The position numbers and the translations under genes are program-made. From the human T2T-CHM13v2.0 reference genome, Homo sapiens, in NCBI RefSeq assembly GCF_009914755.1, contig NC_060935.1: a stretch of 64,000 nt of DNA. One strand, written 5' to 3'. Positions 29,233 to 50,683 of the stretch are shown one piece after another. Position 1 is the stretch's first letter, and each line of letters opens with the position of its first letter. The notes beneath the pieces are model-generated. The model was not told the DNA's origin and made no database searches. It saw only the letters and a program-made list of their open reading frames with translations.

Positions 29233-30200
29233 TGAAGGGGTGGGTTGCCCCTCCACACCTGTGGGTGTTTCTCGTAAGGTGGAATGAGAGACTTAGGAAA
29301 GAAAAAGAAACAGAGACAAAGTATAGAGAAAGAAATAAGGGGGCCCGGGGAACCAGCGTTCAGCATATGGAGGATCCCGCCAGCCTCTGAGTTCCCTTAG
29401 TATTTATTGATCATTCCTGGGTGTTTCTCCGAGAGGGGGATGTGTCAGGGTCACAAGACAATTGTGGGGAGAGGGTCAGCAGACAAACACGTGAACAAAC
29501 GTCTTTGCATCATAGACAAGGTAAAGGATTAAGTGCTGTGCTTTTAGATATGCATACACATAAACATCTCAATGCTTTACAAAGCAGTACTGCTGCCCGC
29601 ATGTCCCACCTCCAGCCCTAAGGCGGTTTTTCCCTATCTCAGTAGATAGAACGTACAATCAGGTTTTATACCGAGACATTCCATTGCCCAGGGACGGGCA
29701 GGAAACAGATGCCTTCCTCTTGTCTCAACTGCAAGAGGCATGCCTTCCTCTTATACTAATCCTCCTCAGCACAGACCCTTTACGGGTGTCGGGCTGGGGG
29801 ACGGTCAGGTCTTTCCCTTCCCACGAGGCCATATTTCAGACTATCACATGGGGAGAAACCTTGGACAATACCTGGCTTTCCTAGGCAGAGGTCCCTGCGG
29901 CCTTCCGCAGTTTTTGTGTCCCTGGGTACTTGAGATTAGGGAGTGGTGATGACTCTTAAGGAGCGTGCTGCCTTCAAGCATCTGTTTAACAAAGCACATC
30001 TTGCACCGCCCTTAATCCATTCAACTCTGAGTTGACACAGCACATGTTTCAGAGAGCACGGGGTTGGGGGTAAGGTTATAGATTAACAGAATCTCAAGGC
30101 AGAAGAATTTTTCTTAGTACAGAACAAAATGGAGTCTCCTATGTCTACTTCTTTCTACACAGACACAGTAACAATCTGATCTCTCTTGCTTTTCCCCACA
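29233..30200 (-). mobile_element. HERV-K(HML-2) LTR5_Hs solo LTR, copy 1
   Basis: Minus strand TGTGGGGAAAAGCAAGAGAGATCAG...CCCCTTCA, 968 bp; TSD GGTAAG. Confidence 0.95.
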
Positions 30201-30578
30201 GGTAAGTGTAAGTAAGTGTTTGCCTGAGTTCTGTGAGCTGCCCTAGCAAATTAACCAAACCCAATGAGGAGGTCCTGGGAACCCCAGTTTATACACAGCT
30301 AATCAGAAACACAAGTAAAACAACCTGAAGCTGGCAATTCACATCAGAAGTTGGGGAGAATCTTGTGCAACTGAGCCCTCAACCTGTGGGATCTGACATT
30401 ATCTCCAATTAGTGTCAAAATTGAACAGAATGAGAGGACACACAGCTGATGTCTGCTGCAGAATTGATGAATGAGTAGTTGGTGGGGACAAATCACACAT
30501 TTCTTGGTGAGCAGAGGTCACAGAAGACGTTTTGTTGATTATTGTTGAATGAGAGAATAGAAAAAGCACGTTGTTTTT

Positions 30579-31030
30579 TTTCATGCGCGTCCGTGTGAAG
30601 AGACCACCAAACAGGTTTTGTGTGAGCAATAAAGCTTTTAATCACCTGGGTGCAGGCGAGCTGAGTCCGAAAAGAGAGTCAGCAAAGGGAGATAGGGGTG
30701 GGGCCGTTTTATAAGATTTGGGTAGGTAAAGGAAAATTACAGTCAAAGGGAGTTTGTTCTCTGGCAGGCAGGAGTGGGGGTTGCAAGGTGCTCAGTTGGG
30801 GAGGTTTTTGAGCCAGGATGAGGCCAGGAAAACGACTTTCACAAGGTAATGTCATCACTTAAGGTAAGGACCGGCCATTTTCACTTCTTTTGTGGTGGAA
30901 TGTCATCAGTTAAGGTGGGGCAGGGCATATTCACTTCTTTTGTGATTCTTCAGTTACTTCAGGCCATCTGGGCATATACGTGCAAGTCAGAGGGGATGCA
31001 ATGCCTTGGCTTGGGCTCAGAGGCCTGACA
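30579..31030 (-). mobile_element. HERV-H LTR7-family solo LTR
   Basis: Minus strand TGTCAGGCCTCTGAGCCCAAGC...CGCGCATGAAA; TSD TTTTT. Confidence 0.92.
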
Positions 31031-31575
31031 TTTTTTATTCCTACAGTCTCAGAGGAATATAGCTAAAAATGTGTTTACAGAGAAGTTTATAGTATTAGCT
31101 TATATTAGAAAAGAAGATATGTCTCAAATCAATGATCTAAGCTTTTACCTCAAGGAAGTAGGGGAGCCAGGTTTTCAGCAATTGGCCAGAAAAGAAAAAA
31201 AAAGAAGGGGGAGGAAGCATATGAAAACCAAAACAAGCAAAGAAAGAAAATGTAATAAAGATAGAAGAAGTAATAAATAAAGTAGAAAAAGAAAAAAATC
31301 AATCAGTCTAAAGCTGGTTCTTTGAGAAGATCAATAAAATTGATAAACCTCTAGCCCAGGGGGTCAGCAGAGACCCAAGTAATAAATATGTTAGGCCTCG
31401 CATGCCAGGAGGCCACACAATCTGCCACTGTAGCACAAAAGCAGCCATAGACAATACAAAAATAAATGAGAATAGCTGTATTCATGGGTCTTGTAAGACA
31501 GGCAGTGGGCCCAGTTTGGACTGGTTTGGATCTGTGTCCCATGCCAAATCTGTGTCCCATGTTTGGGCCCCACAT

Positions 31576-32543
31576 TGTAGGGGTGGGTTGCCCCTACACA
31601 CCTGTGGGTGTTTCTCATAAGGTGGGACGAGAGATTTGGAAAAGAAAAAGACACAGAGACAAAGTATAGAGAAAGAAATAAGGGGGCCCGGGGAACCAGC
31701 GTTTAGCATATGGAGGATCCCCCCAGCCTCTGAGTTCCCTTAGTATTTATTCATCATCTGTGGGTGTTTCTCAAAGAGGGGGATGTGTCAGGGTCACAAG
31801 ACAATTGTGGGGAGAGGGTCAGCAGACAAACACGTGAACAAAGGTCTTTGCATCATAGACAATGTAAAGGATTAAGTGCTGTGCTTTTAGATATGCATAC
31901 ACATAAACATCTCAATGCTTTACAAAGCAGTATTGCTGCCCGCAGGTCCCACCTCCAGCCCTAAGGCGGTTTTTCCCTATCTCAGTAGATGGAGCATACA
32001 ATCGGGTTTTATACCGAGACATTCCATTGCCCAGGGACGGGCAGGAGACAGATGCCTTCCTCTTGTCTCAACTGCAAGAGGCATTCCTTCCTCTTTTACT
32101 AATCCTCCTCAGCACAGACCCTTTACAGGTGTCGGGCTGGGGGACGGTCAGGTCTTTCCCTTCCCACGAGGCCATATTTCAGACTATCACATGGGGAGAA
32201 ACCTTGGACAATACCTGGCTTTCCTAGGCAGAAGTCCCTGCGGCCTTCCGCAGTTTTTGTGTCCCTGGGTACTTGAGATTAGGGAGTGGTGATGACTCTT
32301 AAGGAGCGTGCTGCCTTCAAGCATCTGTTTAACAAAGCACATCTTGCACCGCCCTTAATCCATTCAACTCTGAGTTGACACAGCACATGTTTCAGAGAGC
32401 ACGGGGTTGGGGGTAAGGTTATAGATTAACAGAATCTCAAGGCAGAAGAATTTTTCTTAGTACATAACAAAATGGAGTCTCCTATGTCTACTTCTTCCTA
32501 CACAGACACAGTAACAATCTGATCTCTCTTGCTTTTCCCCACA
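31576..32543 (-). mobile_element. HERV-K(HML-2) LTR5_Hs solo LTR, copy 2
   Basis: 968 bp, ends CCCCTACA; TSD CCACAT. Confidence 0.95.
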
Positions 32544-32549
32544 CCACAT

Positions 32550-33017
32550 TGGAGCTTAGCCCATGAAAGAATTCAAGGATGAGCCTATGGTGAGAGAAGG
32601 CAACTTTTTTGAACCAGTACTGCTCCTTGCAGAGCAGGACTAACCCATAGGCAGCGGGCTGAGTTGGCAACATATGGGCTGTTGGCAGCTGTACTTATAC
32701 CCACTTTTAATTATATGCTAATTAAGAGACGGGTTATTCAGAACTTTCTGGAAAAGGGTGGAGAGTTTCCAGAACCATCTAAGGTAACTTCCAGGCCATT
32801 ACCATGGCCTATTGCAATGGTATTTGTAAACTGTCATGGCACTGGTGGGAGTGTCTTATGCTAATGAGCAGTGAGGGCAAATAGAGGTCACTTCCATCAC
32901 CCTCTGCTAGTTTTGGCTGGCTTCTTCACTGCATACTGTTCTGACCACATCCTGCTCCAATCAACATGATCAACAGGGCTGCAACGAGAAAGCAAGTCCT
33001 GCCAGCCTCCTACCTCG
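32550..33017 (-). mobile_element. MER51-like ERV1 LTR
   Basis: Minus-strand start resembles (T)GAGGTAGGAGG; internal gtaaactgtcatggc..tggtgggagtgtc motif. Confidence 0.6.
32874..32890 (+). promoter_or_regulatory. DR5 retinoic acid response element, about 5.25 kb upstream of the PLAAT4 ATG
   Basis: AGGGCA-aatag-AGGTCA, a direct repeat with 5-nt spacer; PLAAT4 is a known retinoid-induced gene. Confidence 0.7.
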
Positions 33018-33163
33018 CTACTATAGTAGGTTAGTGGAGGGGGAACATTTCCTTGTCCCAAATTCCAGCCAGAGTCTTTCTCAACATCTAAATACTGAAT
33101 GCTGCCATGGCTTCAAATAAATTTGCAATGAAAAAACATATTTTTAAATGGCTTTCTATTTTG

Positions 33164-33836
33164 CTGCAGGAAAGGAAAACAAAATCTCGGGACCCAAACT
33201 CACTAAGCCAAAGGGAAAATTCAAGCTAGGAATTGGGTCACCCAAACCTGCCTCCCATTTTGTTCCTAAATAGATAGCTACAAAAATAAAAAGCTATATA
33301 ACTCCCTAACAATTTGCTCACAATGGAATTCTTTGTGAGCCCCAAGATCTTCACCCTAAAACAGTTCTGCTGAATGACACCCTGATGATGTAAATTGACA
33401 GCTTATCATCACAGGTATGGGAGAAAGGACAGAACTATAAGTCATCCCTCCATTCACCTGAGACAAATGCATATTTGACTGCTTATATAAAAATCCAGAT
33501 TCACTAAGCATGAAATGAATGCATAATTAACTATTCCTCTACCCCCTCCTTTCACATGTAAAATGCAGATTCAGTGAATGCTGATCAAAGACTCAAAGGA
33601 ATGCAACCACTTGCCTCTTTTATCTACCCTCCCTTTTTTTCCCTTTTCTCTTTCCCCTAATGCCCACACTTTTCCCTTTAAATAATGATGTCCCCAGACG
33701 CACTTTGGAAAAAGCACGAATCACAGATGTTTCCTATGGTTTTCTGTTCCTTTTTTCCTGGATGTGTCCTAAACCTTAGCTAAATAAATCTCTAAATTTT
33801 TGACTGAAAGCTGTCTCAAATATTTTTTGGGTTACA
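33164..33836 (+). mobile_element. MER4-group ERV1 LTR
   Basis: gaaaggaaaa..ggacccaaactcactaagccaaaggg start; ends ggttaca. Confidence 0.6.
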
Positions 33837-34430
33837 GCAGCTATTGCATCTAGATATACAATATAAATTAATGTAAAATATCATATGCTTGTAATTTCAT
33901 ACATGCTAGAGATATCATCCCAATCAGGGAAAGCTGCAAGAAGAAAGTGTTGGTGGTAAAGCACAACTTCCTAGATTTTTGCTGTCAGTGGGCTGGTTGG
34001 AATTTAAACTCTTTGAGTATTAAAAACAAATCAGTCTTCATAACTGATTATTTCTGCTATTATTGTTACCTATTGGAGCCTCTAGGAAAAAAAGAGGCAA
34101 TAGAGAAAGAGAGGCAGTCTCCGTTGCTAATGTGCTCTTGTGGGATTAGATGTCTGATCCTTTGGAGCAGACCATCCATCCTGATGTGGGTCAGTTTGGA
34201 CTCCAAGTCTGACAAAGCAGAACAGGCTTCAGAAAGCCTTGTTTGTCACTTGGAATACAGCCGTCACTCCTGCAGCATCTAAGCTTTGGTGCTGCTGAAG
34301 AAAGGCCACTGGCTGTTTTGGAGTCCTGCATTCACAGACCCCAGCTGCCTGGAACTGACTCTAAGCTAAAACCTGACACTATCTACCACAAGCTGTTTCA
34401 ACCTCAGCACAAGCTGCAATGAACTGGAAG

Positions 34431-34934
34431 TGTAAGCAGACAGCAAGGGTTTCCAGGGATTATAGGAATTTAATCAACTCAGCAATCAGCCTTTTACAGC
34501 CTACCATCCTGTAGCCTGTTTCTTCCTAAACCTTGCATAGAATGCAGTCATGTGGTTGGTTAAAACCAGCTCCTAACAGATCCCAGCAACCTACAGATGA
34601 ATCTGAGTGAACTTTCCTCATTACCATGCTAAAGTCTCCACCCCGGAGGAGCTACAGCTTCATTACCATAGCATGCAACCTATGTGTTGGCACGATGACT
34701 CACTGCATCTGTGCAACTGGGACCCCTCCTCTGCATGTGCCGATGCACCCTCTCCCCTCTCCATCACCCATAAAACCCTCCTGTCACTTTTCGTAGGGAA
34801 GACTGCTTTGGAGAATCCTCACAGTGTCCTCCTTACTTGTGCCAAGTAATAAAACTGCTATTGATCCACACCTGTGTTCTCATGAAAAGTTGTTTGTTAC
34901 TAAACGAATGATCCCCGTTTTTTTTCGAGTAACA
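34431..34934 (+). mobile_element. ERV1-class solo LTR (family uncertain)
   Basis: TG...CA ends, TSD GAAG, internal CATAAAA and AATAAA. Confidence 0.7.
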
Positions 34935-35338
34935 GAAGTGGGCATGTATGGTTTCTTCTGATAGCAACCAAATACATGTCATTTGTCCACATCAATCAGT
35001 CCTGCAATTCTCCAACACTGACCGCATGTTCAACAATCCGACTCAATTCCGACGCTAACTATCCAGAGTTAGGCTCAGCCTCCACAGGTAAAGTCTCCAG
35101 GCTCAGCAACAAATGGAGTTCCCTGGCTACTCACATTTCTACCTGGCTGACTACAAATGGTGGAGACCCCCTAAATCCCCTTTAAATTTGATAATTCCCT
35201 AGAACAACTTCCAAAATTTAGAAAACTGCTTTACTTATGATTGTCAGTTTATTATAAAGGATACAACTCAGCAACAGCTACATGGAAGAAACTAAGAAGA
35301 AACTAATATGGGGGGCAGTGATTGTGCACAGCTTCCAT

Positions 35339-35758
35339 TGTTAAAGAAAAAATTATCTAATGATACAAGCTTGATATCCACTGCACTGGGATTTTGCAGC
35401 AAGAGAGAGAGATGGGGCTCAAACTTGAACACAGCACGGGCAAGTGGGAATTCATAGGCAAGGAGAAGCATACAGGTCAGTGGATGCAAAATTACAAAGA
35501 GGAAACCTCAGGGGCAAGAGAGATTCTGGTTAAACCACACTAACAGGATTCTTGCTGAAGACAGGCCGGGGTGATCAGACATCACCTGGAGGACAGTGAG
35601 AAGGATGAACCCGGTCAGATATTGAGGGTGGGAAGTTCCTGCTAAACTGACTTGGCAGGGTCCTTTGCTAAAATTAGATTTTACAAGGAAGTACAGATGT
35701 GCCTAGGAAGAGGTTTGGGAACCTGACTAAAATGTGGTCACACAGAGAATCTTTGCCA
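35339..35758 (-). mobile_element. ERV1-class solo LTR nested in an antisense MER21-like LTR (~34960-36090)
   Basis: TG...CA ends; TSD CCAT. Confidence 0.6.
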
Positions 35759-36621
35759 CCATGCCCTCTCCAGCCAGGCCAGTCTCCCACCACATCTGTG
35801 TTCACCTGCCCCAAAGCTCTCCCAACCCCGTCATGTAGGGGTTTCTACGGAGGCTGCATAATGTAGACATTACTGATTAAATAATGGTGATCAGTCCCCA
35901 ACCTGAAGTTATCCAGCTCTCCCTCCTCAACCAAGAGCCACCTCATTAGCATAAACTCAGATTTGTTTGACAGAGACTCCTTCTGAATAACATGACATCC
36001 TATCACTCAGGAAATTCCAAGGGTCTTAGGACCTCTGTGTCTGGAACTGGGGTCAAAGACCAAAAATATATTTTTTTATCATGCCACATAAGGCATAAAT
36101 AAACTTTTATTATGCTACAAGGCATAAATTTATTTAAAAATAAAAATTTTTATTATGCCACAAGGCAAAAACCCAGACTCTGGGATTGTTGAATGCAGAC
36201 TCTTGTGGGGGCCCCCTTAAAGAGTTTTGTGATCCTAAATATTTCAAAATGGAGTCACTTACGACAAGTGACTCAGCCCACAGTGAAACTGCTGAACCCT
36301 CAAAATGATAAACATAGGTATAAAGGACTGAGGTAATAAGATAACATCTGCTGTGGCCAGACACCCCCAAGACCTGATGAGAAACTGAAACCAAAAGGTG
36401 GCTGAGATAATGACCATGGACACTCCTGCAGAGGGCCATAAAAACAGCAAAGAAACTGACCACGGCAAGACACCTGTAGAAGCTCTGCCCGAGAAAGCTC
36501 TGAGGCTTCCTCATGATATCCACAGCGGTCCCTGGAAGCTCTGCCCAAACACAGCAACATCGTTCAACAGTGTTTTGAGTGAAACCCAGAGGCATGCTAA
36601 CCTAAACAACAGAAATGGGGG

Positions 36622-36886
36622 TTTTTTGTTTTGTTTTGCTTTGAGACATGGTTTCACTCCAGTTGCCCAGGCTAGACTGCAGTGGAGCAATCTCAGCTGA
36701 CTGCAGCCTGACTTCTGGGTTCAGGCGATCCTCCCATCTCCGCCTCCCAAGTAGCTGAGAGTACAGGCACATGCCACCATGCCCGGCTAATTTTTTTTTC
36801 TGTATTTTTAGCAGAGACGGGGTCTCGCCATGTTGGCCAGGCTGGTCTTGAACTCGTGGGCTCAAGTGATCCACCTGTCTAGGCCT
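36622..36886 (-). mobile_element. Alu (partial)
   Basis: Alu consensus. Confidence 0.85.
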
Positions 36887-37507
36887 CTGGTTGGGTGTGA
36901 AAATATGGCCCAGTTCTGGCCAATGGAGAAGGGAACAGGTCATCTGGGGAACTGTGGGAAAGACTTAACTCCCTGAAAAAAAGACAAATGAGAATTATCT
37001 TTCCCTCCATCTTTTGGGCATAGCCAGGTAAAAATGGGCCACTCAAGGCTGCTACAGCCATGGGAGTCCCTGCAGGGCAACAGTGCAGACCCAGGACCAG
37101 TGCAATGGAGACAGCCTGCTGAGTCCTTGGTGACCTTGGTGAGCCACTAAACCCAACCTGAGTCACCCTCTTCCTGCCTTTCTGTTACCGAGACAATGGG
37201 TGTCCAGGCTGTTGAAGCCCTTTTGAGTTTAGTTCTGCTTCTTGCACCCAAATGCATTTTAATGGGGCCATGAGCTCCCAGGCTCCACATGGTCTAAGGT
37301 ACCCCTCACCTCCAGGGCATCCCCATGGAATGAAACACCCCCTCTGGCCTTCTCCCAAGACTTCTGGCCCAATATTTTCTGGGTGTCTTTACAAGACAAT
37401 GTCCTATGGGGTGCACTGGGGATTGACATCTCCCTGCCTCCGAATGCCTCCCCTTCCTGGAGTAGGAAGAGCTGCCCAGGGTTCTTTTTAGAAGAGACCT
37501 TTATTTT

Positions 37508-37843
<336 letters not shown>

Positions 37844-38042
37844 GACCTTTATTTCTCAAGCAAGGGCAGAAATTCAGGGCTCCCCTTCGACTCTGGCTGC
37901 TCCCAAGGTGGCTTTAAAGCACCAATGAGTCCATGGCTTGTGTAAGAAATGATTAGTCCTTCCATCTAGAGAAATAGCTCCTTTTTAAACAGTTGTCTCT
38001 TTTAAACAGTGTTTAGTATTTAAGTGAGGTTGAAACAGTGTC

Positions 38043-38083
38043 AAAAGGAAAGTGAAAGTGAAATTCTCTCCTTCAGCATAAAA
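38043..38083 (+). promoter_or_regulatory. PLAAT4 proximal promoter: IRF-E/ISRE and TATA-like box
   Basis: GGAAAGTGAAAGTGAAA (38047-38063; three GAAA half-sites) and CATAAAA (38077-38083), about 50-85 nt before the ATG. Confidence 0.85.
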
Positions 38084-38130
38084 GCTGATCCACAAACAAG
38101 AGGAGCACCAGACCTCCTCTTGGCTTCGAG

Positions 38131-47518
<9,388 letters not shown>

Positions 47519-47696
47519 AGCAGCCACAAAATCCTGTGTTAGAAGCAGCTGTGGGGGTCCCAGTGGAGATGAGCCTCCCCCATGCCTCCAGCAGCCTGAC
47601 CCTCGTGCCCTGTCTCAGGCGTTCTCTAGATCCTTTCCTCTGTTTCCCTCTCTCGCTGGCAAAAGTATGATCTAATTGAAACAAGACTGAAGGATC

Positions 47697-47702
47697 AATA
47701 AA
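47697..47702 (+). terminator. PLAAT4 poly(A) signal
   Basis: AATAAA about 180 nt after the stop. Confidence 0.8.
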
Positions 47703-49456
47703 CAGCCATCTGCCCCTTCAGAAAGGACTTCTACCATGTTTTTATAGACTTCTGAATCACAAAGGAGGAAGGTAACATTGAGTGAACACTCACTGGGTAG
47801 TTCCAGCAATTTCTAGCCGGGTGACTTTAGAGAAGGCTCTTGATTCTCAGAACCTCAGTTCTTCCATGTCAGGTGATGTCAGGAGGATCACCTACGATAA
47901 TGCATACACGACACCCAGCACTATGTCTGATATGTAACAGATGTTCAAGGAATTGTCTTCATCATTCTACACAGACATAACAGCGACATAATTGCATGTC
48001 ATTAATTTTACTCTCAGGGAGGCGAAAAAAACCTAATTACCTTCCGGTATCGTCTCATGTGGTGCTTAAATCCCCTCACAACACCTACACATCTACCAGC
48101 ATCTTCCCAGTTACCTTCCTCAGTTGGCCCTCTTTTTAGAAAGTTTTTTTTTTTTAGCTCAAAGGTCTGAGTTCTCACCCACCTGTGACTACTAGATGGA
48201 GTAATATTCTTTCCATGCCCAGATTGCCATGGCTCAAGCTGGTCCTGGGTGGAATGCTGAGAATTAGCTACCTCTAAATCTCCCTCCACTACTTCCAGCA
48301 TGCCCTGGGTATGGCTCCAGAAGTGCCCAGGTCCCCATGTTTCTGTGCTTCCTCACTCCAGCCTCTGCCACCAGTGACCCTACTCAGTGGCCACTTCCAT
48401 GGTGGTCACTGTGGCCACCACCACTCTGGCTTCAGGACTGAGGACATCACCCTCCCCTGGGTTGTACTTTTTCATGCATGAGCAAGCTGGTTGGTCCCTT
48501 AATTCCCCAACACAGTGGAGACCAGGCTGTAATGATTAACGACACTCCCCTGGAAGCTCAAGGCTATTGGAAGGTTGAAGAACAAAGAGAATAACTTATC
48601 ATTGCTACAATTAGAGGGGGCTCTGCTCAGATTCCTGGCTGAAATACCAGGCTCCATTTGGGGATTGCAGAAGCATCCATGCCTGCCTTGCTCCAGGGCT
48701 ACCTCCACAGCAGAGGGCCCAGCTGTTCTACCCAGAGTCCAGGCCTAAAAGGCAGAAGGCCCAGCAAGAGAAGAAGGCTTTCTCACTTCTTGTGATCTAA
48801 GGCTCACCTCCCCAGACTTCATTACCTGTCCAGGATCAATTGTTCCAGGGTGCTGGACAATGGGAGCATCCAGGCCCTTCCAAGGTGTGTTTGACCTCCA
48901 TGACTAGGTCAGATCCCCATTAGGAGTCTCAGGTGTCCATGTGTCTGCACTTCATGTGATTCTCACAGTTGCAATGAACACTGATCCATGTGGTTATTTT
49001 ACTAATGTGCCTTTCCCTGCCAGTATTTTGGGGACAGTCCAAGTTTGGTACCATTGGGACTCTAGCATCAAGCACAATGCTTAACTTACTATAACCACTC
49101 GATAGATGATGGATTACAAGCATGCACCTGTAATCCCAGCTACTTGGGAGGCTGTGGCAGGAGGATTACTTGAGCCCAAGAGTTTGAGATCAGCTTGGGC
49201 AACATAGTGAGACCCCATCTCTCAAAAAGGAAAAAAAGATAGTGGTTTACTTAATTAATAAATCTATTAACTGATATGTAGAAAAACAGGGCCAGGCACA
49301 GGGGCACACACCTGTAATCCCAGTACTTTGGGAGACCAAAGGAGGATCTCTTGAGCCCAGGAGTTCAAGACCAGCCTAGGCAACATAGTAAGACCCTGTC
49401 TCTACAAAAAAATAAAAATTAAAAATAAAAAAAGATTAGCCAGGTGTGGTGGTGCA

Positions 49457-49894
49457 TGACAGAGCAGGAGCATCGCCATCTTGGACAAATACCAACATTC
49501 TGTGTTCCTCTTGATTAAAAACTGCCTAAATCCAGCCCCAGAACGTCAGTCCCAGAACATCAGGGCATTTCCCTATGCTGGGAAACCAACTCCCAGCATA
49601 ACCAGAAACATTCCAACCCTAAGATAAAACCCTTTCCAACCAGAAACATGCCAACCCCAAGATAGCCTCCCCTCTGACGAGAGACATTCTAACCCTACAA
49701 TAAACTTTCCCTCACATAGAAACATTCCGAACCTACAATGATCTTCCCACTTCCTAAACTCTTAAATATCCTTAGTCTGTTAGAACACTCCTGACCAAAA
49801 TCAACCAGAAGCCCTTCTCAGGTTTATTCTCTAAATAAACCTGTCTTTGGCTGTTGAGCCCCTTTTTGTGTTTCTTTCCTCTTTAATTCTTACA
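49457..49894 (+). mobile_element. MER66-like ERV1 solo LTR inserted into an AluJ (49290-49976)
   Basis: TGACAGAGCAGGAGCATCGCCATCTTGGAC...CTTACA; the Alu resumes after it. Confidence 0.7.
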
Positions 49895-50198
49895 GCGTGT
49901 GCCTATAGTCCCTGCTACTCAGGAGGCTGAGGCGGGAGGATCATTTGAGCCCAGGATTTCTGCAGTGAGCTATGATCAAAAAGAGTACAAGTAAAAAATA
50001 AAAATATAAAACATGACCACTGTTCTCAAAAAAATAAAAATAAAAAACATGACCACTCTTCTCAAAAAAATGTTGTGGCCACCACAGTAAAGGTTAATGC
50101 CCACCAGAATTGTGTTGCTATGAAGTTGAGAAATACACTGAACCAGTTCCAGACCTCTCTGGACTGACTTCCATGAACTAGATTTCACTAAATATGGA

Positions 50199-50281
50199 AT
50201 ATATATATATGTATATATACACACACACACATACACACACACATATATAATACATATTTTATATATAATTATATATATATG
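50199..50281. repeat. (TA)n/(CA)n microsatellite
   Basis: Read directly from the sequence. Confidence 0.85.
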
Positions 50282-50388
50282 TAACAAAAGCATACTTCAT
50301 TTTTTCATAAGTTCATTAAATGGTTGTACCACCTCTGGACAGTCCTTGGTCTCAGCAAATCTTTTTGCTAAGATTAAAAGTAGCTGAA

Positions 50389-50683
50389 GGCTGGGCACAG
50401 TGGCTCACACCTATAATATCAGCACTTTGGGAGGCCGAGGCAGGGGCATCACCTAAGATCAGGAGTTCGAGACCACCCTGGCCAACGTGGCAAAACCCCA
50501 TCTCTACTAAAAACACAAAAATTAGCCAGACATGGTGGCGGGCGCCTGTAGTCCCAGCTACTCAGGAGGCTGAGATACAATAATTACTTGTACCCAGTGA
50601 CGGAGGTTGCAGTGAGCCAAGATCGTGCCACAGTACTCCAGCCTGGACAACAGAGAGAGACGTTGTCTCAAAAAATAAATAAA
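50389..50683 (+). mobile_element. Alu
   Basis: Alu consensus. Confidence 0.9.

Larger units (their letters stand above)
29111..31044 (+). mobile_element. MER21-like LTR remnant hosting the LTR5_Hs and LTR7 insertions
   Basis: MER21-like sequence (ctttgtaataaactggtaag...tgagttctgtgagctg) continues across both inserts. Confidence 0.55.

Noticed and set aside
29233-32543. The two LTR5_Hs as 5' and 3' LTRs of one deleted HERV-K provirus
   Set aside because: Each has its own distinct TSD, and the intervening DNA is MER21-like, LTR7 and L1-like sequence with no PBS, gag or env.
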